In this document: positions 41,180 through 52,750 of the stretch, one piece after another
How positions within the stretch are numbered: position 1 is the stretch's first letter
How the letters are laid out: the number at the start of each line of letters is the position of its first letter
Assembly (NCBI GenBank): GCA_963797095.1
Contig: CAWCNY010000001.1
Location: 448,001-512,000, forward strand
Direction: 5' to 3'
Length of the DNA: 64,000 bases
Source of the DNA: an uncultured Chloroflexia bacterium
GTDB taxonomy: Bacteria; Chloroflexota; Chloroflexia; QHBQ01; JADMIH01
Translations under genes and position numbers: made by a program
Notes under the pieces: generated by a model
What the model was told of the DNA's origin: nothing
Database searches by the model: none
Seen by the model: the letters and a program-made list of their open reading frames with translations, nothing else

Positions 41180-41308
41180 AAGCTCGGTTGCGCTCGCACG
41201 CTGGGTGGTAATATGCAGAAGAAGTTTGAGAAAGCAAGGACAGACGGGAGCGTCATGAGCATGGAGGAGGCTGTTGCCTACTCGTTGGAGGACACAAGCG
41301 GTGAGTGA
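41180..41308 (+). pseudogene. C-terminal remnant of a STAND-TPR paralog
   Basis: KKFEKARTDGSVMSMEEAVAYSLE resembles the C-terminus EEYEKAWQEGQAMSMEQTIEYAL of the downstream gene. Confidence 0.6.
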
Positions 41309-44300
41309 GCGTCCCACTGGCACCGTCACATTCCTGTTCACTGATATCGAGGGCTCAACCAAGCGCTGGGAAGTTCACCCTGATGCAATGCGCTCCGCCC
41401 TCGCTCGCCATAATGCCATCCTTCGGGGTGCCATAGAGGCATACGGTGGCTACATCTTCAAGACTGTGGGTGACGCTTACTGTGCCGCGTTCTCTTCTCC
41501 GCACAATGCCTTGAGCGCTGCACTCTCCACCCAACACGCTCTGCAAGAGGAAACCTGGCCGGAGGAGACAGGCTCAATCGCCGTCAGGATGGCTCTGCAC
41601 ACGGGTGCTGTGGAAGAGCAGGAGGGAGATTACTTCGGCCAGCCTCTCAACCGTGTTGCTCGCCTCGTCTCCGCAGGGTATGGAGGGCAGGTGCTCCTCA
41701 CCCGCGCAAGCGCGGAGCTTGTGAGGGACAGCCTTCCCGGGGTCAATCTCCTCGACATGGGAGAGCATCGGCTCAAGGATCTAATCAGTCCCGAGCACAT
41801 CTTCCAGGCGGTGGAGAGTGGCTTACCTTCACACTTCCCACCCCTCAAGACGCTGGATAACCGGCCCAATAACCTCCATCTACAGATCACCCCCCTCATT
41901 GGCAGGGAGAGAGAGCTCACCCAGTTGAAGGAGGTGCTGAGTTATGAGGATGTCAGGCTCGTGACCTTGACCGGGCCGGGTGGCATGGGTAAGACCCGCC
42001 TCGCTTTGCAGGTAGCCTCCGATCTGCTGGACGAATTCCCTGATGGAGTGTGGTTGGTGGAGCTTGCTGCCCTGACGGAGCCTAAGCTGGTGGTGACTAC
42101 CGTCGCTGCGGTGCTAGGTGTGAAGGAAGTGGGCAGTATCCCAATCATTGACACGCTCAAGGAGTACCTCAGAGACAAGAACCTGTTGTTGGTGCTGGAT
42201 AACTTCGAGCAGGTGGTGGAAGCAGGCAGGGAGGTGAGCTTGTTGATAGCGGCCTGCCCCAACCTCAAGGTGCTGACTACTAGCCGCATACCCCTCCATA
42301 TAAGGGGAGAAAAGGAGTATTCGGTGCCATCTCTTTCCACTCCAGATATAGGTTATCTGCGCCCTCTTCCGCCCCTGGAAAGCCTCACTCAGTATGAAGC
42401 AGTGCGGCTATTCATCGAGCGGGCCACAGATGTCAAGCCCGATTTCCTGTTGACCAACAACAATGCCCAAGCAGTGGTGGAGATATGCGCCCGCTTGGAC
42501 GGGCTGCCATTAGCCATAGAGCTGGCAGCAGCTCGCACGAAGCTCTTCCCGCCGCAGGCCCTCCTCTCCAGGCTATCCTCCACCTTATCAGGTCGCCTCA
42601 ATCTGCTGACCGGAGGAGCCAGAGACCTACCCGCCCGCCATCAAACCTTGCGCCGCACGATAGAGTGGAGTTACGACCTCCTCTCAGAGGGAGAGAAGCA
42701 GCTCTTTTGGAGAATGGCTCCCTTCAGCGGGGGGCGCACTTTGGAAGCGTTGGAAGAGGTATGCAATTACGACAGGAAGCTGCAGATGGACTTATTCGAT
42801 GGTGCCCAATCTCTCATAGACAATAGCCTGCTGCTGCAGAGGGAAGGGCAAGACGGAGAGCCAAGGTTTTGGATGCTGGAGACGATACACGAGTACGCAA
42901 TGGAGAAGCTAGAGGAGAGTGGGGAAGGAGAGGCACTGCACAAGGAGCACGCCCTCTATATGATGAGACTGGCGGAGGAGGCTGAGCATCATCTTGTGGG
43001 AGCTAAGCAGCAAGAATGGTTGGACCACCTGGAGGCAGAGCACGACAACATCAGGGCTGCTCTGCGCTGGACAATGGAGAGCAAGGAGGGACGGCACAAG
43101 GAAGCACAGCCCGGAGAAGATGAAGACGACGAGGCTGCACCCATCCATATCGGCCTAAGAATAGGTGGAGCGGTTGGGCGCTTCTGGTCTGTACGTGGTC
43201 ACTTCAGCGAGGGGCGAGCGCAGTTGAATGAATTGTTGGAGATGGAGAAAGTGCGGGGCGCACAAGCAGCAAAAGCCAACATGGTAGAATCAAGCGCGAA
43301 TGAACGGCAGACACGGGAAGCATACACAAAACGCAAGGCAATCAGTGCCAAGGTTCTCGATTGGGCAGGCATGCTAGCTTCGCAGCAAGGGGAACCGGCT
43401 CGCGCACGCTCCCTCTTTGAGGAGAGCCTGGCTATCGGACGGGAGTTGGGAGACAAGCGGGGCATTGCCTCATCGCTCCACAATCTGGGGAATTTGGTGT
43501 GGGATCAGGGGGACTACGCTTTGGCTCGCTCCATATCTGAGGAGAGCCTGGCTATCGGACGGGAATTGGGAGACAAGCGGGGCATTGCCTCATCGCTCCA
43601 CAATCTGGGGAATGTGGTCGCCGATCAGGGGGACTACGCTTCAGCCCGTGCGCTGTTTGAGGAGAGCCTGGCTATTCGGCGGGAACTGGGAGACAAGCGG
43701 GGCATTGCTATTTCACTCAACAATCTGGGAGCTGTGGCCTTGGATCAGCAAGATTACACGTCCGCGTGCTCCCTCTTTGAGGAGAGCCTGGCTATTCGGC
43801 GGGAACTGGGAGACAAGCGGGGCATCGGCTTATTGCTCAGCAATTTGGGAGCTGTGGCCTTGGCTCAGGGGGACTACGCTTCGGCTCGTGCGCTGTTTGA
43901 GGAGAGTTCTGACTATTCGGCGGGAACTGGGAGATAAATCGGGGATCGCCAATTCACTATCTGATCTGGGAGATGTGGCCTTGGCTCAGGGGGACTACGC
44001 TTCGGCTCGTTCGCATTACGAGGAATGCCTGGTTACGATGCGGGAACTGGGAAATAGGCTGGGCATCGCCGTATCGCTGGCCGGGCTTGGTGGTCTGGAG
44101 GTATCTATCGCGGGCAGTGCAAGCGGAGTGAGAGTGGCAACTGCACAAAGCAATGCAACATCTGAGACAAAAGTAGCGGACAAGCTAAAGAGGGGTGCCA
44201 AGCTGTTCGGGTCTGTGGATATACTGTTGGAGAGTACCCACATGGTGCTACCTTCAGATGACCGCCTGCCGTACGAGCACGGAATAGCCATCGCTCGGGA

Positions 44301-44394
44301 GCAACTTGGCGTTGAAGAATACGAGAAGGCATGGCAGGAGGGGCAGGCTATGAGTATGGAGCAGACTATCGAGTATGCCCTACGAGGGAGCTAG
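41301..44394 (+). CDS. Class III adenylate cyclase - NB-ARC/STAND - TPR protein (one +1 frameshift near 43908)
   Basis: FLFTDIEGST, KTVGDA, GDYFG, NRVARL; P-loop GPGGMGKT, LVLDNFE, GLPLAIELAA; TPR repeats; 'gagagttctgact' has one base more than sister repeats 'gagagcctggct'. Confidence 0.9.
43410..44060 (+). repeat. 120-bp near-identical TPR-coding repeats (about 5.5 copies)
   Basis: Recurring GAGGAGAGCCTGGCTAT..CGGGAA.TGGGAGACAAGCGGGGCAT at 120-bp spacing. Confidence 0.9.
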
Positions 44395-44450
44395 CGAAAA
44401 GCATGTCAAACGATCGCCAACATATCTGCGTCGGCTGTATTGCAACAACC

Positions 44451-44590
44451 GAAGCAACTACTTTGATGAGCGAGAACGGCAGATGGTAGAGAAGCGGGCA
44501 GTCCGTCGCTTGGAGAGCCTTGGATACCAGGTGCAGCTTGTGCCTATTCAACAGGTTCAACAAGTGGCCTAACTCTTATTTTCAGAGGAG
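44451..44590 (+). pseudogene. IS110 transposase C-terminal fragment and element end
   Basis: SNYFDERERQMVEKRAVRRLESLGYQVQL* then ATTTTCAGAGGAG, similar to the end of the IS110 at 36526. Confidence 0.75.
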
Positions 44591-46777
44591 TTACGCTCGA
44601 TACGTCTAGCATTTAGGGAATATGGGATTGCCCAACGGGCCGAGAGGCCCAGGGTAACGGAGCCTCCGTAGTACTCAGAGGACGGGAAAGCCGTCCACAT
44701 TGACCAGGGTACGTCCACGTGAAACCACGTGAGGATTTCATGTTGAACGTAACCAGGCGGGGAAGGGAGGCAGGTGCTTTGAAACCCAGCAAGAGAGGTA
44801 CTCGAGATGAGAAACGCCGAAACTGTACTGGGGATAATCCAGGATCGCGGCAGGAGAGGACTGCTGCTAGAAGATGTCTATCGACAACTGTTCAACCCGC
44901 AACTGTACCTGCTCGCCTATGGCAAGATTTACCGAAACAAAGGAGCGACGACACCGGGAACGACACCGGAAACTGTGGATGGAATGTCCATGATGAAAAT
45001 CGATGCCATCATCGAAGCCTTACGCTTCGAGAGATACAGATGAACACCGGTGAGGCGTATCTACATCGAGAAAAAGCACTCCAAAGGGAAGCCCCAGAGG
45101 AAGTCTCAAGGAAAAGCAATCTCGAAAAAGAAGCGCCCCCTCGGAATACCCGCATGGTCAGACAAACTGTTGGCGGAGGTAATACGCCTCATCCTTGAAG
45201 CATACTACGAACCGCAATTCAGCCCATCTTCCCACGGTTTTCGCCCTGACCGAGGTTGCCACACAGCGCTACGGGAAATCTACCATAAATGGGTGGGCAC
45301 AAAGTGGTTCGTGGAGGGCGACATTTCCGACTGTTTTGGCTCGCTGGATCACACCATCATGATGTCAATACTCAGGGAAAAGCTCCACGATAACCGCTTT
45401 CTGCGCTTGATTGAAGGTTTGCTCAAGGCCGGATATTTGGAAGGGTGGAGATACAACGCCACGCTCAGTGGTAGTGCACAAGGCTCGGTACTTAGCCCCA
45501 TCCTCGCCAATATCTACCTTGCCAAACTGGATAAGTATGTCGAGACGACGCTCTTGTCAACCTACAACCAAGGGAACCGACGCAAGATCAACCCGGAGTA
45601 TCTCCGGCTACGCGCCAGTGTCACGAGGCTAAAACGGATGGGGAAAAAAGAGCAAGCACACAAGTTGCGTCGTCAGATGCAGCAGCTACCCTCCCTTGAC
45701 CCCAACGACCCAGCCTACAGACGGTTGCGCTACATACGGTATGCAGACGATGTGCTTGTGGGTTTCAGCGGCCCACGTAAGGAAGCTGAAGAAATCAAGC
45801 AACTCCTCAAAGAGTTTTTGGGTGATGAACTCAAGCTGACCCTCTCAGAGGAGAAAACGTTGATCACCCATGCACGGAGCAAAGCTGCACGCTTTCTGGG
45901 TTATGAGGTCGTAGTGCTCAACAACGACCACAAACTGGACCGGCGTGGACATCGGAGCATCAACGGCCAGATCGGGCTGAAAGTACCCTCGGACGTAGTA
46001 CGTGCGAAATCTACTGGCTACCTGCACAACGGCAAACCGATACACCGAACGGAACTTATCCACGACAGCGTGTACAGCATCATGGCACAGTACCAGGCGG
46101 AGTACCGGGGCATTGTGGAGTACTATCGGCTGGCTTACAACCTGCACCAACTCAACCGGCTGAGGTGGGTGATGGAACGGTCGCTAACTCAAACACTGGC
46201 ACACAAGCTACGCATCAGCGTGAGCAAAATCTACCACCGTTACCAAACCAACATTCAGACAGAAGCGGGTCCACGTGTTGGCCTGCAAGTGGCGGTTGAG
46301 CGCGGAGAGGGAAAGAAGCCACTGATAGCGAAGTGGGGCGGTATTACTCTCGCACGGAATATGAAAGCAGTCCTCAACGACCAACCTACACGTGTTTGGG
46401 GATCACACTCACACACAGAGCTAGAAAAACGGTTCCTGGCAGACACTTGTGAGCTATGCGGCTCACGTGAAGATGTCGAGGTACACCATATTCGAGCACT
46501 AAAAGACCTCAAACGAAAGGGACGTGCTGATAGACCTGAATGGGTGAAAGTGATGGCGGCACGCCAACGCAAGACGCTGGTGGTCTGCCGAGCATGTCAC
46601 GATGAAATCCACAGAGGGAAACTAACACAGCATACACTACCACGAGTACAACACGAAGCCGCTAATGGAAATGGAGAAGCACTGGAGAGCCGGGTACTCC
46701 GAAAGGCGTAAGCCCGGTTTGGGGAGGGGCGGACAGAAAAGTATCGGTAACGACAACTCGCTGGCCGCCTACTCTAC
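44591..46777 (+). mobile_element. Group II intron (5' truncated), inner element of a twintron
   Basis: DII/DIII-like GGAGCCTCCGTAGTACTCAGAGGACGGGAAAGCCGTCC; DV GAGAGCCGGGTACTCCGAAAGGCGTAAGCCCGGTTTGG; DVI ending CTACTCTAC. Confidence 0.9.
44807..46711 (+). pseudogene. Group II intron RT/maturase/HNH with a premature TGA at 45041
   Basis: RYR*TPVRRIYI (Trp expected), HGFRP, EGDI, QGSVLSP, YIRYADD, C-terminal CELC...HH...CRACH. Confidence 0.93.
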
Positions 46778-47757
46778 TTCGTGGTCATGCACGAGAAATT
46801 GGAGGTTATTGAGCGATGTCAACAAATCGTGACAGAATGGCTCAAGGGCATGGGGTTGGAACTGAAACCCAGTAAAACCCGTATCACGCACACACTACAC
46901 ACCTACCAGGGAAACACCGGGTTCGACTTTCTCGGTTTCTCGGTCCGACAATTTCCAGTGGGCAAGACCCACACAGGAAAGAACGGACAGGGCCGAAAGC
47001 TAGGGTTCAAGACCATCATCAGACCAAGCGAAGAAGCTCAGAAACGACACGCCAAAGCACTTGGTGATATCATCCGGAAGATGCGAGGGATCAGTCAGAT
47101 CGACCTGATAACTCTGCTAAATCCAAAGATACGAGGGTGGTGTAATTATCACTCCACCGTCATATCCGGGAAGGTATTCAGCAAGATGAGTGACGTGCTG
47201 TACCATCAGCTAAGACGCTGGGCACAACGCCGTCACCCCAAGAAATCCAAAAGATGGATTGCCAACTGCTACTGGCACCCAAATGAGGGCAAATGGGATT
47301 TTGCATGCAAAGAAGGAAGGCTAATCCAACATAGGGAGATACCTATCAGAAGGCATGTGAAAGTACAGGGTGTCAAAAGCCCTTATGACGGAGATTGGGC
47401 CTACTGGGGCCGAAGGCTACAGCGCTACCCTGGATTGCACCCGATGGTAGCACAGCTACTAAAGAGGCAGGAAGGGAAATGCGCCTGGTGTGGATTGCAA
47501 TTGAGAAGTGAAGAAATCATGGAGCGTGACCATGACGTCCCAATCGTACTGGGAGGTGGACATGGTATCACAAACCGTAGACTACTTCACGGGTATTGTC
47601 ACGACGCAAAGACAGCTCAGGATGGTTCTTCAACCTCTAGAGTTGTCAGAAGTTCCAAAGTTAGGGACCGTAGGACTGAGGAGCCGGATGAGGCGAACAG
47701 TCTCATGTCCGGTTTTGTAGGCGGGCGGGAGGCAGTGATGCCTCTCGCCTAGCCAGC
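46778..47757 (+). mobile_element. 3' half of an outer group II intron (RT after YADD, maturase, HNH, DV/DVI)
   Basis: Starts FVVMHE directly at the inner intron's 3' end; GLELKPSKTRI, GFDFLGF, LNPKIRGWCNY, CAWC..HNH; DV GAGGAGCCGGATGAGGCGAACAGTCTCATGTCCGGTTTTG. Confidence 0.9.
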
Positions 47758-47870
47758 GCAGCAAACCTTCTCTGCGACAACCTAATATATGGCGAGTTGA
47801 GCTTTAGATACTTTAGCGGGGCGAAACGCGCTTCCCGGTCGCGCACTGCTCACCATTTTTGGGCGTGGCC

Positions 47871-48129
47871 TTAATACTGTCGCCTGGGAAGGTCCTGGGC
47901 AGCGGTGTCCTGGCGAAAGATATCCTCTTTGGACCTGACCCACTTTTCGACCGGCTCGTTGTTCGCCGGCTTCAGCGCGGTCTCGAAGAACTGCGGCCCG
48001 AGCAGCGGGTTGCACTCAATAGTCGCGTTCAGCTTGCCCGCGATCATCGCCTCGAAGGCGGCGCGTTCGGCATCGACCGACACGATTTTGATGTCGACGC
48101 CGGGTTTGAGGCCATATTCTTCCAGGGCC
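47871..48129 (-). pseudogene. C-terminal fragment of a sugar ABC binding protein (YtfQ-like)
   Basis: ALEEYGLKPGVDIKIVSVDA...GKLNATIECNPLLGPQ...PRRQY*; 5' end lost at an IS end. Confidence 0.75.
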
Positions 48130-48607
48130 TGTTCTGGCTACATACCTCATCCGTGCCTGAGAGCCACACATCAAACTCGAGAAGCTGTGCGTCTTCAGAT
48201 TTTCCATTGGCATAGCGAGTGCGCAACGATTAGAATCTTTCCGTCGTCCTTCGCTGGACAATTCCTGTTTGGGAGAAGCACCGCAATTGGTCGAGTTCGT
48301 TCAGTTCCTCATGCTCCTTGTCATCCCCGCATTCTGGCAGAATATTGTTAGCCGGGTTTGGAAAAGACCAACAGCTGACTCGTCTCTCACAGGCGTAGTG
48401 GCTGGCGCTATGGCAGGAGCGATCATGGACCTTTGCCGCAGTAAGCGAGAACTCATAGTGGAGAATGCCTTGCTACGCCAGCAGTTGGTCGTTTTGCGCC
48501 GCCAGGTCAACCGACCTCAACTCACCACTACTGACAGAACTCTGCTGGTGCTGTTGGCTGGTAGGCTTCGAATGTGGAAGAGCGCCTTGCTCATCGTCGG
48601 CCCTTGA
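48130..48607 (+). pseudogene. IS481-like (rve) element 5' fragment
   Basis: End TGTTCTGGCTACATACCTC; ELIVENALLRQQLVVLRRQ..RPQLTTTDR resembles the N-terminus of the 644-1801 transposase. Confidence 0.7.
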
Positions 48608-49002
48608 GTAGCAACGGAACAGGATTGTACGCCGGGTGTGGGTCAGAATTCGTATCCCTTGTTCACCCAATAGTGCCAATCCTCTATCGCCTGTTGGGTC
48701 TCCTCGTCTACCTCGATCCCTTCCAATTGGGACAGCGGCACGGCAAGCTCTCGCCCCGACCACTTGATCATGACGAACATCTCGTGCTCGCACTCCTCTT
48801 CGGCAGGCATCCCGACCACCTCCACTTCCTCGCTTACCCGTAGCGGCGATATGCGCCTCTCCACTACACATTTGGCGCGAAACGGGAGCTGGAGTCTTTC
48901 CTCCAGATAGTAGTACCAGCTTAGCTTATGATTTAACCAGGAGGGTGGCAATTGGCAGGTAAGGTGGTCATTTTGCGAGAGAGGGAGCGTACTGGATTCG
49001 CT

Positions 49003-50565
49003 ATGGAATCCAACGCTCTGTACTCTCTTGATGCTTTGGCTACATTTCGCGCTTCCCTCTATGCTTGTTTTTCCAAACGAGCCGATGCTCTGTTTGAGCT
49101 TACCGATGCTATCATAACGGGCGGGCCTCTGCCATCTCCGGTGCAACTGAGCCTTGAGCCAGTGCATCGGCGGGGCTGGGGTAGCCTGTACGCGGCCCTC
49201 TCCGAAGGTCAAATCGATGTTGATCGCCTCAGAACCCTGCTTGCTGAGCACCCACTGCACCCTTTGGACATGGATAACTCAAACTCTAGAACAGTCTACG
49301 CAGTAGATGTCAGCGTATGGCCGCGGTGTGATGCCGAAGCAAGCCCAGATCGAGGCTTCTACTACCACCCCTCTCGCCACTCGGCCGGTCAGCCCATCGT
49401 GGCTGGTTGGGCTTATCAATGGATCGCTCAGCTCGGTTTTACCCGCGATAGCTGGACTGCGCCTCTCGATGTGCGTCGTGTTCACCCCAATGAGAACCTC
49501 CACGTGGTTGCTGTACAGCAGATCGGGCAAATGCTTGCTTCGCTCGGTCCGGAGCTGGACACAGATCAACAAGCTGCCTCTCCAACCGCTCTAACACCTC
49601 TATTCGCATTTGATGCCGGGTACGATCCGGTGCAACTGGCTGAAGAGCTTGCCAACTCTGATAACCCTGACTTGGCGGCTTCTGTTTCTATCCTGGTTAG
49701 GTTGCGCTGTGGTCGTTGCTTCTATGCAGACCCCCTTTCCCCTGCTGAGTGTGGCACTGGACGGGGCACTTTGGGTGGTCGCCCACGTCGGCATGGTCGC
49801 AAGTTCGAGTGCTACAACCCGGCCACCTGGCCCACTCCCACCCTTGAGCATTGATGCGAGGATAGTCAATACGGAAGTGTGAGGGTGCGAGCGTGGTGTG
49901 GCTTGCACCCCAAGACCCAAAACCACCCCACTCATGGCACCCGCCAACCCCGCCAACCCCGCCAACCCCGACCTATATCTAAGGGCATGTTGGTGCTGGT
50001 TGAAGTCTCTCGGCTGCCCAGAAAGACGCGAGAGCCACAGGTGCTTTGGTTGTGGTACTCAGGCCCTGACGCAAATGAGCCAGGCTTGGATCTGTTAGAT
50101 ATGCTCTGGCGTTCCTATGTCAGACGCTTCGTCTTGGAACACACCTTCATCTTCATCTTCATCTTGGAACACACCTTCCGCTTCATCTTCATCTTGGAAC
50201 ACACCTTCCGCTTCATCTTCATCTTGGAACACACCTTCCGCTTCATCAAACAAACCCTCAACTGGACGGTGCCTCGCGTTCGACTACCTCAGCAAGCCGA
50301 CCGTTGGAGCTGGCTTATTATCGCCGCTTACACTCAACTGCGTCTTGCCAGAAGCTGCGTGACTGACCAACGTCTGCCCTGGGAGAGACCACTTGAGGCA
50401 GGCAAGCTGACTCCTTACCGAGTGAGGCGGAGGTTTTGGACACTTCTGCTAGAGGTGGGTACTCCGGCGAAGTTGCCAAAACCGTGTGGACGCTCGCCTG
50501 GCAGACCCAAGGGACGACGTTCAGGGCCCGCTCGACGCTATCCAGCCATCAAAAAGGCTGCATGA
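49003..50565 (+). pseudogene. DDE transposase with an in-frame TGA at 49852 and 30-bp repeat expansion
   Basis: RADALFELTDA, AVDVSVWPR, FDAGYD, RRF.LEHTFRF.KQTL, GRSPGRPKG. Confidence 0.88.
50132..50247. repeat. 30-bp tandem repeat, about 4 copies
   Basis: TCTTGGAACACACCTTCCGCTTCATCTTCA units (LEHTFRFIFI). Confidence 0.92.
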
Positions 50566-50927
50566 GCGTACATGAGCGGGCCATCGGTGGCAATTTGAGC
50601 GTTTGGTAGTTGGTTGTTAAGGTATCGGCAAAAGTCGATCAAGCTCTTGCCGGTTTCGTGACGGTTAAATCATAAGCTTAGAGCACGTTCTTCTTCCCCA
50701 TACGCGTCAACTACTATCTCCATTTCAATTCGCTCTTCTCGCTCCTCGTCACTCTTGCCTTTGGGCATTTCATTCCCCCGTCGCTATCGCCGATATTGCC
50801 AAGCGAGTATTCTCCCTGACAAACGTCTCACAATGTATGGCAGTGCATACTGCATACACGCTCAAAAGCGCGTTGCTGCCTTGGAACCACGTGACCCCGC
50901 TGTCACCACCCCAACCACCCCGACCGG

Positions 50928-51242
50928 CTACGCTTCGCCTTCGCTCCCTTCGGCTTCCTCGCCGAATTGTTCGCGCATCCAGTTTGCCAGCCCTTCCTCC
51001 AGATCATGCAGCATGTCATCCATCGACGCGTACTCACTCTGCTCCTGTCCCTCCCACACCATTCCACCGCCATCCAACGCTCCTACAAACGAGTGGCTGT
51101 ATTCATCCTTTCCTATCTCAATCCAGCCATACCTCTTCACCCAGCGAGTGAGCCGAGGGTATAACTCCTCCAAGGATCGCTCCGACTGCTTAGGTTGCTT
51201 AGGTTGCTCAGACGGCCCGGATTGCTTGGACCGCTCGTGCAT
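50928..51242 (-). CDS. Hypothetical protein
   Basis: Protein-like composition (YPRLTRWVKRYGWIEIG...GGMVWEG), co-oriented with the TA locus. Confidence 0.6.
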   Translation of the reverse strand: MHERSKQSGPSEQPKQPKQSERSLEELYPRLTRWVKRYGWIEIGKDEYSHSFVGALDGGGMVWEGQEQSEYASMDDMLHDLEEGLANWMREQFGEEAEGSEGEA

Positions 51243-51299
51243 TGGCTTGTCCTTGGGTTTAGTCTTGCGGGTTGGTATAGAGGCATACCTGCCAGGTTG

Positions 51300-51821
51300 C
51301 TAGGGTACGACAGTTACGGTGCCAAACTGCCGGAAATGGTGGTCGAAGGAGAAAGCATGTGTGAGGCCTAGCTTCTCAATCACGACTTTGCTCGTGCAGT
51401 CTGTGAAACTCCATTCCTTATCCTCATACTGCCTGAAGACTTGCCATGCTGCCCCGATATCTTCAGGTGTGAGATAATACAGCCTCACGGCGCTGTTGCC
51501 CTTGCCATCACCATCGCCCCCCGTGGCACCACTACTCCCGGTGGCTTCATTGCCTGCGGCTCCGGCGGAACCAGCCTCGCCAACGCGGGCTTCGCCAGTG
51601 CGATCCTCGACAATATGGATGCCACCAAACAGCAGCGAACCCAATTGCCGAGCACGAGCCGGTTCACCACGGGTCTTCAGCAGTGTCAACAACTCGTCGA
51701 GCACGTAGTCGGTGGTCACAAGTATCTGCCTGTTGCTGCGCATCCAGGGTTCAGCCTGCGGATGATACTCGTCATCGGGCGAGACATAGCCAACCCACCC
51801 GCCAGTGTCCACGAAGATCAA
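51300..51821 (-). CDS. vapC: VapC-type PIN domain toxin
   Basis: IFVDTGGW, TTDYVLDE, WSFTDCTS, FSFDHHF. Confidence 0.9.
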   Translation of the reverse strand: MIFVDTGGWVGYVSPDDEYHPQAEPWMRSNRQILVTTDYVLDELLTLLKTRGEPARARQLGSLLFGGIHIVEDRTGEARVGEAGSAGAAGNEATGSSGATGGDGDGKGNSAVRLYYLTPEDIGAAWQVFRQYEDKEWSFTDCTSKVVIEKLGLTHAFSFDHHFRQFGTVTVVP

Positions 51822-52189
51822 GGCATTTTCCCCTGCTTGGGATACAAGATGGCGTCATGGTTGCGTACCGTGTGCGGTTGTCTAGCACTCTGTAGCGGCA
51901 GGGCAGCAATACTGTTCAGTTCATTGAGGAACGCCGCGTACGAAGTCTCGTCGACTTCTCTCGCCTCCCTAGCTTCCTCCGGTTGCTCTTGTTCGGTTGA
52001 GGGGGAAGAGGGGGTAGCAGGAGTAGAGGGGGTAGCGGTTCCAGCGGCGTCTATCGCCCCAATTACAGTGGTTAGGGTCACTTCGAGGCGTGTCCCTTCT
52101 TCCAAATCCAGTGGATGCACGGGACGAAGAACACCCTTCTCATACACCACTTCTATCTGTTCAGCTTCAATAGGTTCGATGGGTGGCAT
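51818..52189 (-). CDS. AF2212/DUF104-like antitoxin
   Basis: IEVVYEKGVLRPVHPLDLEEG; overlaps the vapC start. Confidence 0.8.
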   Translation of the reverse strand: MPPIEPIEAEQIEVVYEKGVLRPVHPLDLEEGTRLEVTLTTVIGAIDAAGTATPSTPATPSSPSTEQEQPEEAREAREVDETSYAAFLNELNSIAALPLQSARQPHTVRNHDAILYPKQGKMP

Positions 52190-52290
52190 TGATACCCTCC
52201 TGTCCTAACCGTTGGCTTCTAACCATGATAGTGTTCATATGCTTGTCCCTGTTCCCATTTCCTGCCTCTTCACCTACCTGTTACCTGCGC

Positions 52291-52572
52291 TCACCTGTGA
52301 TCCTGCCGTCGACGCCAGGCGCGGATCTCTGCATCTGCCACTGTATCTGTTTGCTCTGCGTAGCGCAAGGTCGTTTGGAGGTTCTTGTGCCCCAGCCGCA
52401 AGCGGCTGGTAGTTAAGCTTACTCCATCGTTGACCAACTCGGTGGCATGGGTGTGTCGAAGTTGGTGCAAAGTGCATCCAATTCCTGCTTTTGCACAGTA
52501 GCCTGCCCACCGCTCCTGGACCGATTGGTAGCGCAGCAGTCCACCCCGCCCGTTCTTCTCCGCACGGAACAA
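52291..52572 (-). pseudogene. Tyrosine recombinase C-terminal fragment
   Basis: LHQLRHTHATEL, LGHKNLQTTLRY; N-terminal half absent. Confidence 0.8.
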
Positions 52573-52750
52573 CGGTCCATGCTTGTATCCTGCCTGCTTG
52601 AGATAGGCGCGGAGTTGCTTTACCGGCCTGTTGGGGTGGTTGGTTTTGTTGGTTCCGAGAGGACGGAGGCGTCGAAGGGGACGAAGACGGTGGCGGTGGT
52701 TGCGCGGGTTGAGGGGGCGTAGTCATCAGAACATCAACTCCGCCACCCGG

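Larger units (their letters stand above)
48925..50676 (+). mobile_element. IS701-like insertion sequence
   Basis: 14-bp perfect IRs CTTATGATTTAACC / GGTTAAATCATAAG; TSD CTTAG (48920-48924, 50677-50681). Confidence 0.9.
48643..50768 (-). pseudogene. CcbP-like calcium-binding family protein interrupted by an IS
   Basis: MPKGKSDEEREERIEMEIVVDAYGEEERAL joins SWYYYLEERLQLPF...AVPLSQL..AIEDWHYW when 48925-50676 and one CTTAG copy are removed. Confidence 0.82.

Noticed and set aside
44807-47752. RT genes as retron, DGR or defence RT
   Set aside because: Maturase and HNH domains plus DV/DVI RNA motifs identify group II introns; no template/variable repeat pair or msr-msd was seen.
45041-49854. In-frame TGA codons (45041 in the RT, 49852 in the transposase) as recoding or selenocysteine
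   Set aside because: TGA terminates many intact genes here; both cases are in decaying mobile genes and fit ordinary nonsense mutations.
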